Part shown: positions 1 to 12,420 of the stretch, in pieces
Layout of the letters: every line of letters begins with the position of its first letter
How positions within the stretch are numbered: the first letter of the stretch is position 1
Assembly: GCA_964016885.1 (NCBI GenBank)
Contig: OZ024740.1
Location: 219,418,001-219,482,000, forward strand
Length of the DNA stretch: 64,000 bases
Origin: Eledone cirrhosa
Lineage: Eukaryota
Direction of reading: 5' to 3'
Program-made: the position numbers and the translations under genes
Notes under the pieces: generated by a model
Seen by the model: the letters and a program-made list of their open reading frames with translations, nothing else
The model's database searches: none
Told to the model about the DNA's origin: nothing

Positions 1-439
1 TTTCTCGAGTAAACAACATCTGATCCCTCTTATTTCTAATTTTTTCCTTAGTTCGTTTATGCTTTGCCGTTCACGTATATTACTATTGCACATCCAGCGG
101 AGCATGCAAGCTTCGTTCCTCTCTAGTCTGCGTATATCCTCTGCACACAATACCCAGGTCTCACTGCCATGCAGCATTGCTGTTCGTATGCAGGCATCGT
201 ATAACCTGCCTTTCATTTTTAGGGAGAACCCTCTAGCGGCTAATAGTGGTATAAGCTCTCTGAACTTTTTCCATCCAGTTCTGACTCTAGCTACTGTACT
301 TTCAGAGCACCCTCCCCCACTGCTGATTTTGTCACCCAGATAACGGAAGCTGTCCACTATTTCTATAGAACCCTCTGCGCAGTTGAAGGAGCTAGTATTT
401 TGTGGGCACTTGCTGCTACTTATTGCACCAGAGCACCGG
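1..439 (-). mobile_element. RTE LINE fragment (family A, post-RT region), 5'-truncated into (TA)n; continues left of window
   Basis: Near-identical to ~9413-9848 of the long RTE (antisense ORFs 59..343 and 9468..9752 are almost the same peptide); ends at CCAGAGCACCGG followed by (TA)n. Confidence 0.92.
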
Positions 440-472
<33 letters not shown>

Positions 473-1187
473 GTTGTATATCATATATATATATATATAT
501 ATATATGTTATGTCTAGTCTCAGATCATGACAACCTGTCCACATCATCCCAGCATGGAAAAGCAGGCATAAAATGGTGATGATTATAAGGATTAGGTTAA
601 TTATGAGGGTAAGGATGATGATGATGATAATGATGATTGTGGTGGTGGTGTTGGCAGCAACATTGGCGTCAAAGATGACAAAATGATGATGATGATGATC
701 ATGTTCATCATCATCATCATCATCATAAAAGTTCATTTGTATATGTGTGTGACAGGAATCCAGAATATTATTATGAATCATGAAAAAGTTCATTATATAA
801 GCTGTCTAGCTGTAGCTGATATTTGGATATGAAACCAATTTTAGAATGTCTGGCATTAGACAGAACATTTGAGTGGAAAATATTTCCTCCTATCAAAATC
901 ATTGTTTTAGCATCTGGTTTTCCATGCTGGCATCATTTGAATAAATCTGCAATATAGCATCTCAAATCAATCGGGTGTCATCTCATCTGTGAAATAATAT
1001 GATTACATATCTGTTCTATCAGCGATCTTGCCAATCTCGATCTATCTCTGTTTGGTATTTGGGCCACAACATGCCTGCTTGTCTCCATTGAACAAGAAGG
1101 GCTGATCACATTTATATATAGAGAGAGAGCTAGTAGTGTGTGTGTGTATGAATGTATGTGCATATGTATGTATATGTCTATATATAT

Positions 1188-1472
1188 ATTATATAAAATA
1201 AACAAAGAAGCCTTCAATACATCAAAAATCTTTATTTGCTGACAGTGTTTCGTCCCATTAACCAGGACTCATCAGACTCATCAGACTGATTAGTCCTGGT
1301 TAATGGGACGAAACACTGTCAGCAAATAAAGATTTTTGATGTATTGAAGGCTTCTTTGTTTATTTTATATAATTTTTCGGCTCTGTTGGAAAACATTGAG
1401 CTATACTCTATACTGTCTTTTCTCTAATACGACGAGTGTGTTTAACTCCAATGCACTCAAGTATTCTAATCT
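1188..1472. mobile_element. Penelope-like pLTR stub with 5' inversion (88-bp inverted arms 1188-1275/1286-1373) in TA tract
   Basis: Arms are reverse complements with one mismatch; both carry a hammerhead core; TA-rich on both sides. Confidence 0.7.
1238..1277 (-). ncRNA. Minimal type I hammerhead ribozyme motif (stem I apparently truncated by the inversion)
   Basis: Minus strand CUGAUGA-GUCC-UGGUUAAUG-GGAC-GAAA-C-ACU-GUC; the + copy at 1286-1320 has CUGAUUA. Confidence 0.7.
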
Positions 1473-1610
1473 TATATATATATATATAGTAATAATAAAT
1501 ACAATAAACAAAACCCAAAGAGGACTCGATAAAGGTATATATATAAACCAGCAAATATTTATTATTAGTACAGATTAAAAGTTTTTAATCTGCACTAATA
1601 ATATATATAT

Positions 1611-1903
1611 GCCCCCACCCCCTCCCACTGTAAAGTGGTCGTGGAGGTGCCACGGGAAAAAAGCACGCAACCCACACTGTAAAGTGGACGTGTAGGCGCC
1701 ACGGAAAAAAGCACCCAGCACTCACTGTAAATGAAGTTGGCGTTAGGAAGGGCATCCAGCTGTAGAAATCAAGCCAAGATCAGTTCCCGTATGAGCAAGA
1801 CAAGGTCAGCCAACTGGACACTGCCCACAACAGGACAACCCGTCTAACCCATGCTAGTGTGGAAGATCGGACGTAAAACAGTGATGATGATGATGATAAT
1901 GAT
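1611..1903 (+). mobile_element. RTE 3'-UTR stub with (GAT)n tail in (TA)n
   Basis: Matches ~2750-3038; ~44-bp AAAAAGCACCCAGC..CACTGTAAAGTGG subrepeats, GTTAGGAAGGGCATCCAGCTGTAGAAA motif, GGACGTAAAA..(GAT)n. Confidence 0.8.
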
Positions 1904-1930
1904 ATATATATATATATATATATATGCATG

Positions 1931-2209
1931 TCTAAAGTCTGTCTTAAGCCAGAAGGCTCATTTGGCCGGTGCTTATCCCAGTTTCATGGCATGAAGCGAT
2001 TGAGAGTACAAGACGTCCCCCTGGACAGAACGCCAGTCCATCGCAGGGTTAAATCCCCAGCTATTGCTAGTACTCATTTTCAGCTGCGTATACTGGAGCA
2101 ATGTGAAATTAAGTGTTTTGCTCAAGAACACAACACGCAATCCACGAATTGAACCCACGACATTATGATCGGAAGTCCAACACACTTATCACTAGGCCAC
2201 ATGCCTCCA
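1931..2209 (-). mobile_element. tRNA-derived SINE with CORE-like central domain
   Basis: Minus strand A-box TGGCCTAGTGAT, B-box GGTTCAATTC, TTCTTGAGCAAAACACTT..TTGCTCCAGT..CAGCTGAAAATGAG; relatives at ~6685, 8712, 30803, 35575. Confidence 0.75.
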
Positions 2210-2402
2210 ATATATATATATATATATATTTTTCTCCCTTTTCTCTCTCTCCGTTTTTCTCTCTCTCCGTCTTTTTCCCTCTCTGTAACACAACAACTTA
2301 CTAATATAAGTAAACAAATCCACTATCCCAATGTCTTCCAAAAGTAATGGTTGCATTTCGTAAGGGTATGTCAATATTTATTTATAAAACTGGTATATAT
2401 TG

Positions 2403-2467
2403 TATTTTGTCTGATGAAAGCATACCATAATTTAACATGGTCTCCTTGAAATATGTATAATAAAATA
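2403..2467 (+). ncRNA. Type I hammerhead ribozyme with intact core, inside TA-flanked insert ~2230-2508
   Basis: Stem I UAUUUUGU/AUAAAAUA; CUGAUGA 2411-2417; stem II AAG/CUU with inner ACCAU/AUGGU; GAAA 2448-2451; stem III AUA-UG-UAU; predicted cleavage after AUA (2459). Confidence 0.78.
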
Positions 2468-2506
2468 GATATCGTTTTATAAATATAGTTTCCATTTGTT
2501 AATATC

Positions 2507-2565
<59 letters not shown>

Positions 2566-2566
<1 letters not shown>

Positions 2567-3038
2567 TAGAAGTTGATGGAAACCGCGGAGTGGGGAGACC
2601 CAAGATGACTTGGGATGGGGTGATAAAAGCCGACCTTACCCAACTACACCTCTCAAAGACAATGACACACGACCGTGACTTCTGGCGTCACGCAGTAATA
2701 CAGGGTACCCGACCTCCCATGGGTACATGCTGAAGCATATAAACAATATGCCCCCACTCCCCCCACCGCAAGGTGGTCGTGGAGGTGCCATGGCAAAAAA
2801 GCACCCAGCCCACACTGTAAAGTGGACGTGTAGGCGCCACGAAAAAGCACCCAGCACTCACTGTAAATGAGGTTGGTGTTAGGAAGGGCATCCAGCTGTA
2901 GAAATCAAGCCAGATCAGTTCCTGTATGAGCAAGGCATGGTCAGCCGACCAGACACTGCCCACAACAGGACAACCCGTCTAACCCATGCTAGCGTGGAAG
3001 AACGGACGTAAAACGGTGATGATGATGATGATGATGAT
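2566..3038 (+). mobile_element. RTE 3' end (ORF terminus, 3'UTR, (GAT)n) in (TA)n
   Basis: Translates EVDGNRGVGRPKMTWDGVIKADLTQLHL.., homologous to the C-terminus of ORF 9188..11641. Confidence 0.85.
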
Positions 3039-3057
3039 ATACATATATATATATATA

Positions 3058-3273
3058 ACAAAGGAAATGTGGTAAGGAACCAGGTGGACCATAACGCACC
3101 AAAGTACTCAATACTTAGGGTAGTAGAGTGGGTAATAGGAACAAGTAAGACCCCGACGGCTGAGCTCAAGCCGTTTCGACGGTGTTTGATTTATCAAGCA
3201 TAAATAAATAAAACACCAGTCGAGAATTAGCCGTCGAAACGGCTTGAGCTCAGCCGTCGGGGTCTTACTTGTT

Positions 3274-3278
<5 letters not shown>
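3058..3278 (-). mobile_element. TA-flanked repeat with terminal inversion (arms ~3135-3182/3231-3278); second copy at 4232-4357 (+)
   Basis: ATAGGAACAAGTAAGACCCCGACGGCTGAGCTCAAGCCGTTTCGACGG and its exact reverse complement; shared end ..CTTTGTT(AT)n with the 4232-4357 copy. Confidence 0.65.
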
Positions 3279-3326
<48 letters not shown>

Positions 3327-4231
3327 GCATTTATACACACACACACAAATATATATATATAATATAGTTTATCTAATGCCAAAATCTCCATTGGGAGGAA
3401 TACAAGCTAGACAAACTAATATTAGAAAGTTTTGCTTGAAACTGCAGCTTCAGAAATTAAGAAACTATATTAATTATCCCAATAAATTAAGACAAACATT
3501 ATTAGAAGAAATATATAATCTGCCACATAATTTCAGGTGATCTTCCATAGAAAGTAAGGCAACAAATCTGAGGCTTCACTCTGTCACTACTCTGTGCTTC
3601 CACTTTCTATTATGTTCCTGGAGTCAATAAAATAAAGCACCAATCAAAAGTGGTGGATTGGTATAACTGCTACAGTGTTGAACATGGTACATTGCAGTAT
3701 TTGCTCCAGTTTTTTACCTTTCCCAGTTCAAATCCTGCTGTAGCCTAATTGGAATGATAGATTTAATCTGTCACTCTGTTTAACACCACCATCACTTGAC
3801 CCATAACAGAATTCACTCTATTATAAACATTCCGATTAGGCTTTTGGTTTGAGGATAACTTCCTCTTTCACATCCACTAATCCTTAAGGCTCTGAAAAGA
3901 GTCAAAGGCATTGCTCTTACCTTCCTGACTGTTGTTGTATGGATCTGTAACTCCTGATACAGTCAAAGGTGTTGTAACATACAGCATAGTATGGGCATTT
4001 TTTAAAACCTGACAGAGCCCATCCCTTCCATCTAGCTGAAGAAACCATATGGAACATATGTGCAAGATGAGGTCACTCTGACTCATCTGGTCTCAGACAG
4101 TGACAGCCTGTTGAGCCCATGCCAGCAAGGAAAGTGGATGTTAAATGATGGGATGATGATGAAGATGATGATGAAGAAGATAAGGATCATGATGATATAC
4201 ATATAACTATAGGTACTACATATATATATAT

Positions 4232-4356
4232 ATCCGAATGGCCAGAGCTCAGCCGTTGGGGTCCTGACTCTTTTCCTATTACCCACTCTATTGACCTAAG
4301 TATTGAGTACTTTGGTGTGTTATGGTCCACCTGGTATCTTACCACACCCTCTTTGT

Positions 4357-4357
<1 letters not shown>
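4232..4357 (+). mobile_element. Second copy of the TA-flanked family at 3058
   Basis: Diverged reverse complement of ~3058-3175; (TA)n on both sides. Confidence 0.65.
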
Positions 4358-4389
<32 letters not shown>

Positions 4390-4825
4390 ACTTTTAAATA
4401 CTTTCTTTATTCTGTTGTATTTAATTGCATTTCCATTCCCATTGTCAGGAAGTTTGAATTAATTAATATAATTTCCCTCCCCATTAAACAGAAATCAATA
4501 CAATGTATGAAGCGATAATAGTTTCACTTATACATGTACTATTTCCTTTTATGTGCTGCACTTAGATTCTTCAGTGTTGATTGATTTATATACATCATTT
4601 TAGAGGTAAATAAATCCATTGTCATTTGACTCAAATCAGCAAGAGAAATAAAGGAATAATTGAATGTATATATCATTTTTTTCTGTGTGTGTAAGAAACA
4701 CCAGAAGCATCCCTTTGCTTTGTCACCATCTCCATTTCCATCTCCTTGCCTTTACATCGTTCCTACTTTAATGTTGAATATGACAGCAAGCTGGAGACTT
4801 TTGATCAATGTACAGTTTCTATCTA

Positions 4826-5675
4826 CTCACATGTTCACATACATACTAACACACACAGATACACTCAAACATACAAACACTCACACAAACACCTTTTATA
4901 TACACATGCATGCACATGCACACACACACACACAAACACAAACACTCATACATGCGCATACATATTCACACGCATACATACACTTGTGCACATACATACA
5001 TACACGTGCACACATACACATGCACACACACACATACACTCACACATGCACGTACATATACATACATGCACATTCGTACACATATAGACTCATGCACACA
5101 TACACACACACACATAAACATACACACAAGCACACTCACACACACTCAAACATACACACACACACATACATACATGCAAACACAGACACAGAAACAGATA
5201 CACACATATACACACATATACACACACAAACACATGCAAACCTATGTGTATAATTTATTGGGTATGTTTAGATCTTATGAGAACCTATACATAAGGTTTC
5301 AATATACTTGGGATCAATATAACTGATTACATTTTTTGATGATGATGCCCCTGCATGACCATACACATACACACATACATACACTACACACATACATATG
5401 CATACACAGATATCATGCATATACACACATGCACACACACACACATTCATTCATATATACATACGTACATACATACATACATAGATACATACACACATGC
5501 ACACATACACATACATACTCATAGATACATACACTCATATACATATACACACATGTACACACACACACACACTCATACACACACATACATCATATACACA
5601 CATGCACATATATACATGCCAACATGCACACACACAGATTACACACATATACAGACATGCACACAAACACACATC
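4826..5675. repeat. Degenerate (CA)/(CATA) microsatellite field
   Basis: Direct reading. Confidence 0.95.
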
Positions 5676-5960
5676 ACTTTTTAATCATTTTCTTTTATAT
5701 TTTTATTTTGCACTTTTCTTAGTTCTGTTTCTTCAGATCTTCCTTAATCTTGTTATTCTCTATTGATCAATAGCCAACCAATGGTTATATTATTCATAAC
5801 ATTTCCTTTTCTTAAATAATAGAAAATATCTTTCCTTTAGAATTTGATCACACACTGGAAAATATGTTTTAGTAGTGAGAATACCTTGATGTCCAATAGT
5901 GGTATCATTAGGGAAGACATACATTGGTTTTCACCTGACTTTTACTTGCTTTTGATTAAC

Positions 5961-6193
5961 AAAAATGTTTTCCACTGTGGCCCAATAGCTACTTCTGCTG
6001 GCAGGCTAAACATAGTGCAGGACTGGATACTTGAAGAGAGATGGGCTCTGCCAAGAATATATAAGGCCCACTCTGGCAGCCCAAAAATTTTCCACTATAG
6101 CCTAGTAGCTACTCTTGCTGGCAGGCTAAAAATAGTGAGGGACTGGATGCTTGGAGAGGAGATGGGCTCTGCCAAGAATTTCTAAGGCCCACT
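5961..6193. repeat. Diverged ~120-bp tandem duplication
   Basis: TTTCCACT..TAGCTAC..TGCTGGCAGGCTAAA.ATAGTG..GGACTGGAT..GAGATGGGCTCTGCCAAGAAT..TAAGGCCCACT present twice. Confidence 0.85.
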
Positions 6194-7069
6194 ACGAAAT
6201 ACCATGATGGACACACAGTTAAACGTCTGGAACAGTTCCCCAATGACGGCTGCACCAGCTGCAGGACTTGATTGATTGATTATTCAAGTTTATGAATGAA
6301 ACCTGCCAATAAATATTTTACTTTGGGATACAAGGTCAGTTTTCATAATGATGGTGGACAGAGGTAGATTGATCATATGACCATTTGGGGAATGTTTGTT
6401 GGGCCAATGAGCTGGGTAAAAAAGAAACAAAAACAAAAAAAAAAACACTTAAAAAACATATTAATGAACAATTGGCTGACCTGATAGGTGACAGATGCCC
6501 AGGCCAGTTTAAAGACCCAGTTGACCTCTGACGGCAAGATCTAGTAAAGTGAATCTATTTCAGTTTGCCTATAGAGTGAATCTGTTTCAGAAACCTATTG
6601 ATAACTATTTTATTTTGGGTGAAAAGATCATTTTTTGGTTATGATAATAGAATCTAGTGAAGTAAATCTGTTTGAATATGAAGATGTGAGGCCTAGGGGT
6701 TAGAGTATTAGGCTTCTAATAAATATGTTGGTTCGATTTCTGGACTAGACAGTGTGTTGTGTCTTTAAGCAAGATTTCACATTGTTTCAGTCAACTCAGC
6801 TGAAAACAATGAGTACAACCAGCAATGGCAGCCAGAGGTTAACTTTTAGTAGACTGGCCTCTCTTCTAAAAAGGGATCTTGTATTCTCAGTTGCTTAAGC
6901 TCCTGGGCTTGGAACAAAATTTTACTTTAATCTATTTGAATATTTTTGTTTATATTTTAGTAACTTTAGAGCCGACATCAGCAACATCTGCAAGCATCAG
7001 TAACCTCTTTAAATATTACCCATGGCTAACATGTGTATTATATCATATCATATCCTACATATGGACGCT

Positions 7070-7380
7070 TGCATCACTAAGTGGTTAAGGGTTTGGTTCT
7101 ACTGTATGACATCTTCAACAAATGTCTTTTACCATACCCTTGGGTTGACCTATGCCCTGTGAGGGAAATTGAATCAACAGAAACTGTATGGAAGTGGGTC
7201 AGATATATGTGTAATTCAAAGATACTGCCTTGTCAGACTGATTTCATTTGGCAATTATAATAGGGTCACACTTGTCTGCGGAATACTCAGCTACTTTGCA
7301 TGCTAATTCAATGAGTAGATCATTCAGATGATTGAACAACTAAAACTCATGTGTAGTTCTTAATTGGAGAGTCCATTAAA
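7070..7380 (+). mobile_element. Old SINE-like repeat, third family (relative at ~19860-20160)
   Basis: Shared CC.TGTGAG.GAA.TTGA..ACAGAAACT..ATGGAAGT..AATTCAAAG..GCCTT.TC and later blocks. Confidence 0.5.
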
Positions 7381-8290
7381 TATAAAAAGTTGATAAGGTC
7401 TGAGGCTCACAGAGAACACTTCCATAGGCCACATGTCAACTCCTGCTTTAGAGAAAGAGAAATATAAATTTTCAGATTATATTTTTACCGAAAAAAAATA
7501 ATGTTAGATAAATTGAAGCAACTAAATGTTGCAAAGAAGTGATTTGGAAATATCTTAATATTATTGGTCATTTGGTAGGATTGTGTGGCATAATATAGGC
7601 TTACATCTATGACATGTGTGGCTGTAAATGTAGGAAGTAGTCAGATCAAAAGTGAATCACAGATTTAGCTTCCATTGTCTGTCTACTCAACAGGCTTACA
7701 AATACCCAATACTTCATTTGCAGATTCCTAGGTGTTCACAGACTACCTGTTTAGAACTACTGTCCTTAAGCAAAGCTTCAGTTTATCTTGATGTAATTAT
7801 AGTTGTGCTATTGGTAACAAAAAGAACCTTCTTAAATCATTACTGTACAGCATACTGCAGCTCATACAATATATGTTATTTGACTTAAACAGAAAAGTTT
7901 ACTTTCATTACACATAACACACTGTGCTACATATTGTAGCTTATACACAAATGTATCTTATCTAATTATCAACCAGACATTGGAGATTTAGAAACAGAAC
8001 ATAACATTTTCTTTTACAGAAGCTGCAGGATATGGATTCTAGATAGAAGCTGTTTTACTATTTCACTATCCCAGTTGAATCTAAACATTTATTTCAAATA
8101 TGAATATTTGATCTATAAATTCGACAAAATGTTAAATTATCTACAAATGTGTTCAAAGGTTAACTTTCCTCATGCTGTTATTTAGCATTCGCTATCGAAG
8201 CCTTTACTTTTAGTCAACAACATATTCAGAATTTCAATTCCAGATTCTGTTCTTAGTCTCAGATATTATATCTATCATATGTAATTGTTA

Positions 8291-8472
8291 TAATTGTTTC
8301 TACTTTTGGCACAAGGCCAGAAATTACCCAGTGCATTACTGGTACTTTATTTTATCGACCCCGTAAGGATGAAAGGCAAAGTTAACCTCGGAGGGATTTG
8401 AACTCAGACCATAAAGGACCGTAACTCTATACTGCAAAGCATGGTGTCCGACTCTCTACCGATACTGCCAAT
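8291..8472 (-). mobile_element. tRNA-derived SINE with Deu/Nin-like domain
   Basis: Reverse complement of the GAGTTCAAATCCC..TTTGCCTTTCATCCTTACGGGGTCGATAAAATAAAGTACCAG family. Confidence 0.85.
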
Positions 8473-8798
8473 TGAGAACCAAGTCTGTCACTTTAAAAAA
8501 ATATTTTGAATAGTTGGGGCAATCACAAAACACTCAATGGAGCGAAAGTTTAAAAAATATTAGCTCCAGTGTAAACACAACAGTTATAAAGTGTGACACC
8601 AAGAAAACCAACCAAAGGCACTGGCCATACATCTATCACAACACAATAGATACAGAAAGGTTTAAACTATATATATGTGTGTGTGTGTGGGCATGCATGC
8701 ATCTATGTAAAGGCACATAGCTTAGTGGTTAAGGTGTTAGGCTACCAACCGTTAGGTCATGAGTTTAAATGATACTATTTCTTATTGCTCCAGTACAC

Positions 8799-11700
8799 TC
8801 ATCATCATCATCATCATCATCAACGTTTAACGTCCGTGTTCCACGCTTGCATGGGTTTGGACGGGGGTTTTCCCACTTGAGGCAAGAGTGATTGTCTTGC
8901 TCGCATAGGACTGTCTGGCAGGTTTTCTACAGTTGGATGCCCTTCCTAACACCAACCACATTTACAGTGTGGGTCTGGGAGGTTTTTACCGTGTTGCCTA
9001 CACGGCCACATTACAGCGTGGACTGTGTGTTTTTTTGTCGTGACACCTACACGATCTCATTTGTTTCGGCCTGGATGGTGTGGCACCAACATAACTTTAC
9101 ATAGAAGGGGGCGGTGTGGTGGGGGTGGTGGGACAGGGTGTGTTTTGTTAGAGATGCCTACTGACTGTAGTAGGTTTTACTTTGTATTTAGGTAAGGCGG
9201 GTCTTCTCTATTACTGAGTACCGCCAAAGGTCTCGGTCCAGTGACATTGTCTTGGTGAGGTGTAAGTGTGTGAGGTCGGAGTTTATCAGCTCGTCCCAGG
9301 TTTTTCTGGGTCTGCCTATTCCGTGGCTACCGTCTATCTTTATTACCCTGCACTTTGTTATACAGCTATCGTCCTTCATGCGCATCACGTGACCATACCA
9401 ACGTAGCCTTCTCTCTAGTAAACAACATCTGATCCCTCTTATTTCTAATTTTTTCCTTAGTTCGTTTATGCTTTGTCGTTCACGTATATTACTATTACAC
9501 ATCCAGCAGAGCATGCAAGCTTCGTTTCTCTCTAGTCTGCGTATATCCTCTGCACACAATGCCCAGGTCTCACTGCCATGCAACAATGCTGTTTGTATGC
9601 AGGCATCGTACAGCCTGCCTTTCATTTTTAGGGAGAACCCTTTAGCGGCTAATAGTGGTATAAGCTCGCTGAACTTTTTCCACCCAGTTCTGACTCTAGC
9701 TACTGTACTTTCAGAGCACCCTCCACCACTGCTGATTTTGTCACCCAGGTAACGGAAGCTGTCCACTATTTCTGTATAACCCTCTGCGCAGTTGAAAGAG
9801 CTAGTATTTTGTGGGCACTTGCTGCTACTTATTGCCCCAGAACACCGGCCACATGTAAAATCTATGTTCTTAGTTAGCTTACCTGTGATCCCACTACATC
9901 TTTTATGCACCCAAACTTTGCATTTGGGACACAATATGGAATTTCTACCTACGCCTTTCCTACACTCTGCGCATGGCCACTTCCCGGAGGGGACCGCTGC
10001 CTTATTTTCTTTCTTACAAACTAGAACTTTAGTCTTAGCCAGGTTAATTTTAAGGCCTTTTGATTCTAGGCCGTGCTTCCATGTTTGGAATTTCTTCTCT
10101 AGCTCGGCCATTGATTCAGCTATGAGCATTAGATCATCTGCATATAGGAGTTCCCATGGGCAGCCGGTCTTGAACTCCTCTGTTATAGCCTGAAGGGCAA
10201 TAATAAATAGTAGGGGGCTAAGAACAGAGCCCTGATGGACACCAACTTTTACGCTAAACTCTTCACTATATTCGTTGTTAATTCTAACCTTACTGACTGT
10301 TTCTTTATACATGGCTTGTATAGCTCTCACAAGCCATTCATCAACACCTAGTTTTCTAAGAGCCCACCAGATAATGGAACGGAGGACTCTGTCGAAGGCC
10401 TTCTCCAAGTCGACGAAAGCTAAGTATAGGGGTTTACTTTTAGCTAGGTACTTCTCCTGTAGTTGTCGTACAATGAAAATAGCGTCTGTGGTACTTTTTC
10501 CTGACACAAACCCGAACTGCATTTCATCTAGATCAATTCGCTCTCTGATTAGTTGCGCTATTACTTTTTCCGTGACCTTCATGACCTGGTCGATTAATTT
10601 AATGCCTCTATAGTTACTCCTATCTAGGGCATCTCCTTTACCCTTATAACAGTTAACGATAATGCTGCTACGCCAGTCCTTCGGAACAACCCCATTCTGT
10701 ATGACTTGGTTGACTATCCGGGTGACCATGGTGTGTCCCACCGTACCAGATGCCTTCAGCATCTCGGCAACTATTTCCGAAGGCCCAGCCGCCTTGCCTG
10801 TCTTCATATCTTTGATTGCCTTACTTATTATACTACCCTCAACTAACACTGCTGGTCCCTCTATTGGGTCAATGTGGGGGAGACTGTCTTTCTCCCATTT
10901 ATTCTCCTCATTTAGTAGCCTTTCATAGTGACACTTCCAAGCTACCTTCTTATCGGCGTCGGTGATGGCAAGTACGCCGTCATTATCGTTAAGTACACAC
11001 TTCTCCCCGACAATATCACTGTTTTCCTTGACACATTGCCTAGCAATCCTGAACACCTCACGTTTTTGGTCCTCACGTTGTAGAACATGCTTGAACTTTC
11101 TTTCCTCTGCTTCCCTTCTTGCGAAGTACACTTGTCTCCTAGCTTCCCTCCTGGCCACTTGATAGTCTTCTCTGCTTCCACCATCCCGCCATACTTTCCA
11201 AGCCTGCTTTTTGGCCTTAATTGACCCCTCCACCTTACTGTTCCACCACCATGTTACTCTCCTCCTGCCTACAGGCCTGCTCCAGCCACAGACTTCGTCT
11301 GCCGCCGTCAGCAGGTTTGCTTTCAGGAATTCCCACTGTTCCTCTACCTTGTACGTCTCTAATTGCTCTTCCTCACTGTCGAAAGCATCAAGTAATATGC
11401 TTTGGAATTTATTTTTGGCTGTGGAGTCCTTTAGCTTCCATATTTTTCTCCTGAGGATAGTCCTCTTCTGTTGTCTAGTACGTCTCGTCCTGACTATTAG
11501 GTCGCTAATTATCAGTCTATGTTGGGAAGTGCATTCTTCATGGGGGAGGGATTTAGTGTTTACGACAGTCACTTTGTCACGTCTTCTGGTAAGGATATAA
11601 TCTACCTGGCTAGTATGTTCCCCTGATCTGTAGGTGATCAAGTGATTGTCTCGTTTTTTGAAGTTAGTGTTGCAGATAGTTAGGTTATTTGCGTCGCAGA

Positions 11701-12420
11701 ATTCCAGGATTCTGGAGCCTTCCTCATTTCTAATACCAAACCCATAGCCTCCATGGATTTCGTCGTAGCTGTCACAATGTTGTCCAACGTGACCGTTTAG
11801 GTTGCCTGCAATAATTATATAGTCACTGTCGGTTATTTGGGAGGTGTGAGCATCAGTGTCTCATAGAATCTGTCTTTTATAGTGCTGGGCAGTCCGGATT
11901 GGGGTGCGTACGCGGATATTACTGTCACCATAGTTCTATTGAGGACAAGTCTTATTTTAATTATTCTGTCGTTCACTCTATTTACGTCTATTATCTTATC
12001 TGCCCACTTTTCTGCTACCATGATTCCTACTCCACCCAGCCCATTGTCGTTTCCCACCCAGAAAAGCTTATAGCATCGTTTTCTACCCAAAATGTATCTA
12101 GCAGATCCACCCCTCCACCTGGTCTCTTGAATACAACAAACATCGACCTCCTTACGTTCAAGCATTTCTACAACCTCGTTAGAGCGACCCTTTAAGGTGC
12201 CTACATTCAAGGTACCAAATCTGAAGTTTTGGATTCCGTTTGAGGGGTTGGAAAGGTGGGGAGCGGGGGGAGATGGGGTTATGTTAGCCATCCGCGGCCG
12301 AAACAAAGAGGCATGCTCGCATTCTCGTCCACGAGGTGTGATTGTCTTTAACTTTGGCATTGTCACTGAGCGTCCAGATTTTTCTCTCTTCAACTCTCCG
12401 GAACTCCGTAGTCCTTCCAT
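8799..12420 (-). mobile_element. Near full-length RTE-clade LINE, family A (5'UTR may extend further right)
   Basis: APE + RT coding region, ~390-bp 3'UTR, (GAT)n tail read as (CAT)n at 8800-8822; no TSD found. Confidence 0.93.
9188..12420 (-). pseudogene. RTE ORF: AP endonuclease, reverse transcriptase, Cys-rich insertion; one frameshift near 11850
   Basis: GTLNVGTL, CIQETRW, SAYAPQ, GNLNGH, SQVDYIL, SQHRL; RT motifs QFGF, FVDLEKAFD, GVHQGSVLSPLLF, LLYADD, FRYLG; RRLRWYGHVMR. Confidence 0.93.

Noticed and set aside
4505-4580. CUGAAGA..GAAA on the minus strand
   Set aside because: Stems I-III do not pair convincingly
4660-5766. His/Thr-rich ORFs
   Set aside because: Translation of (CA)n repeats
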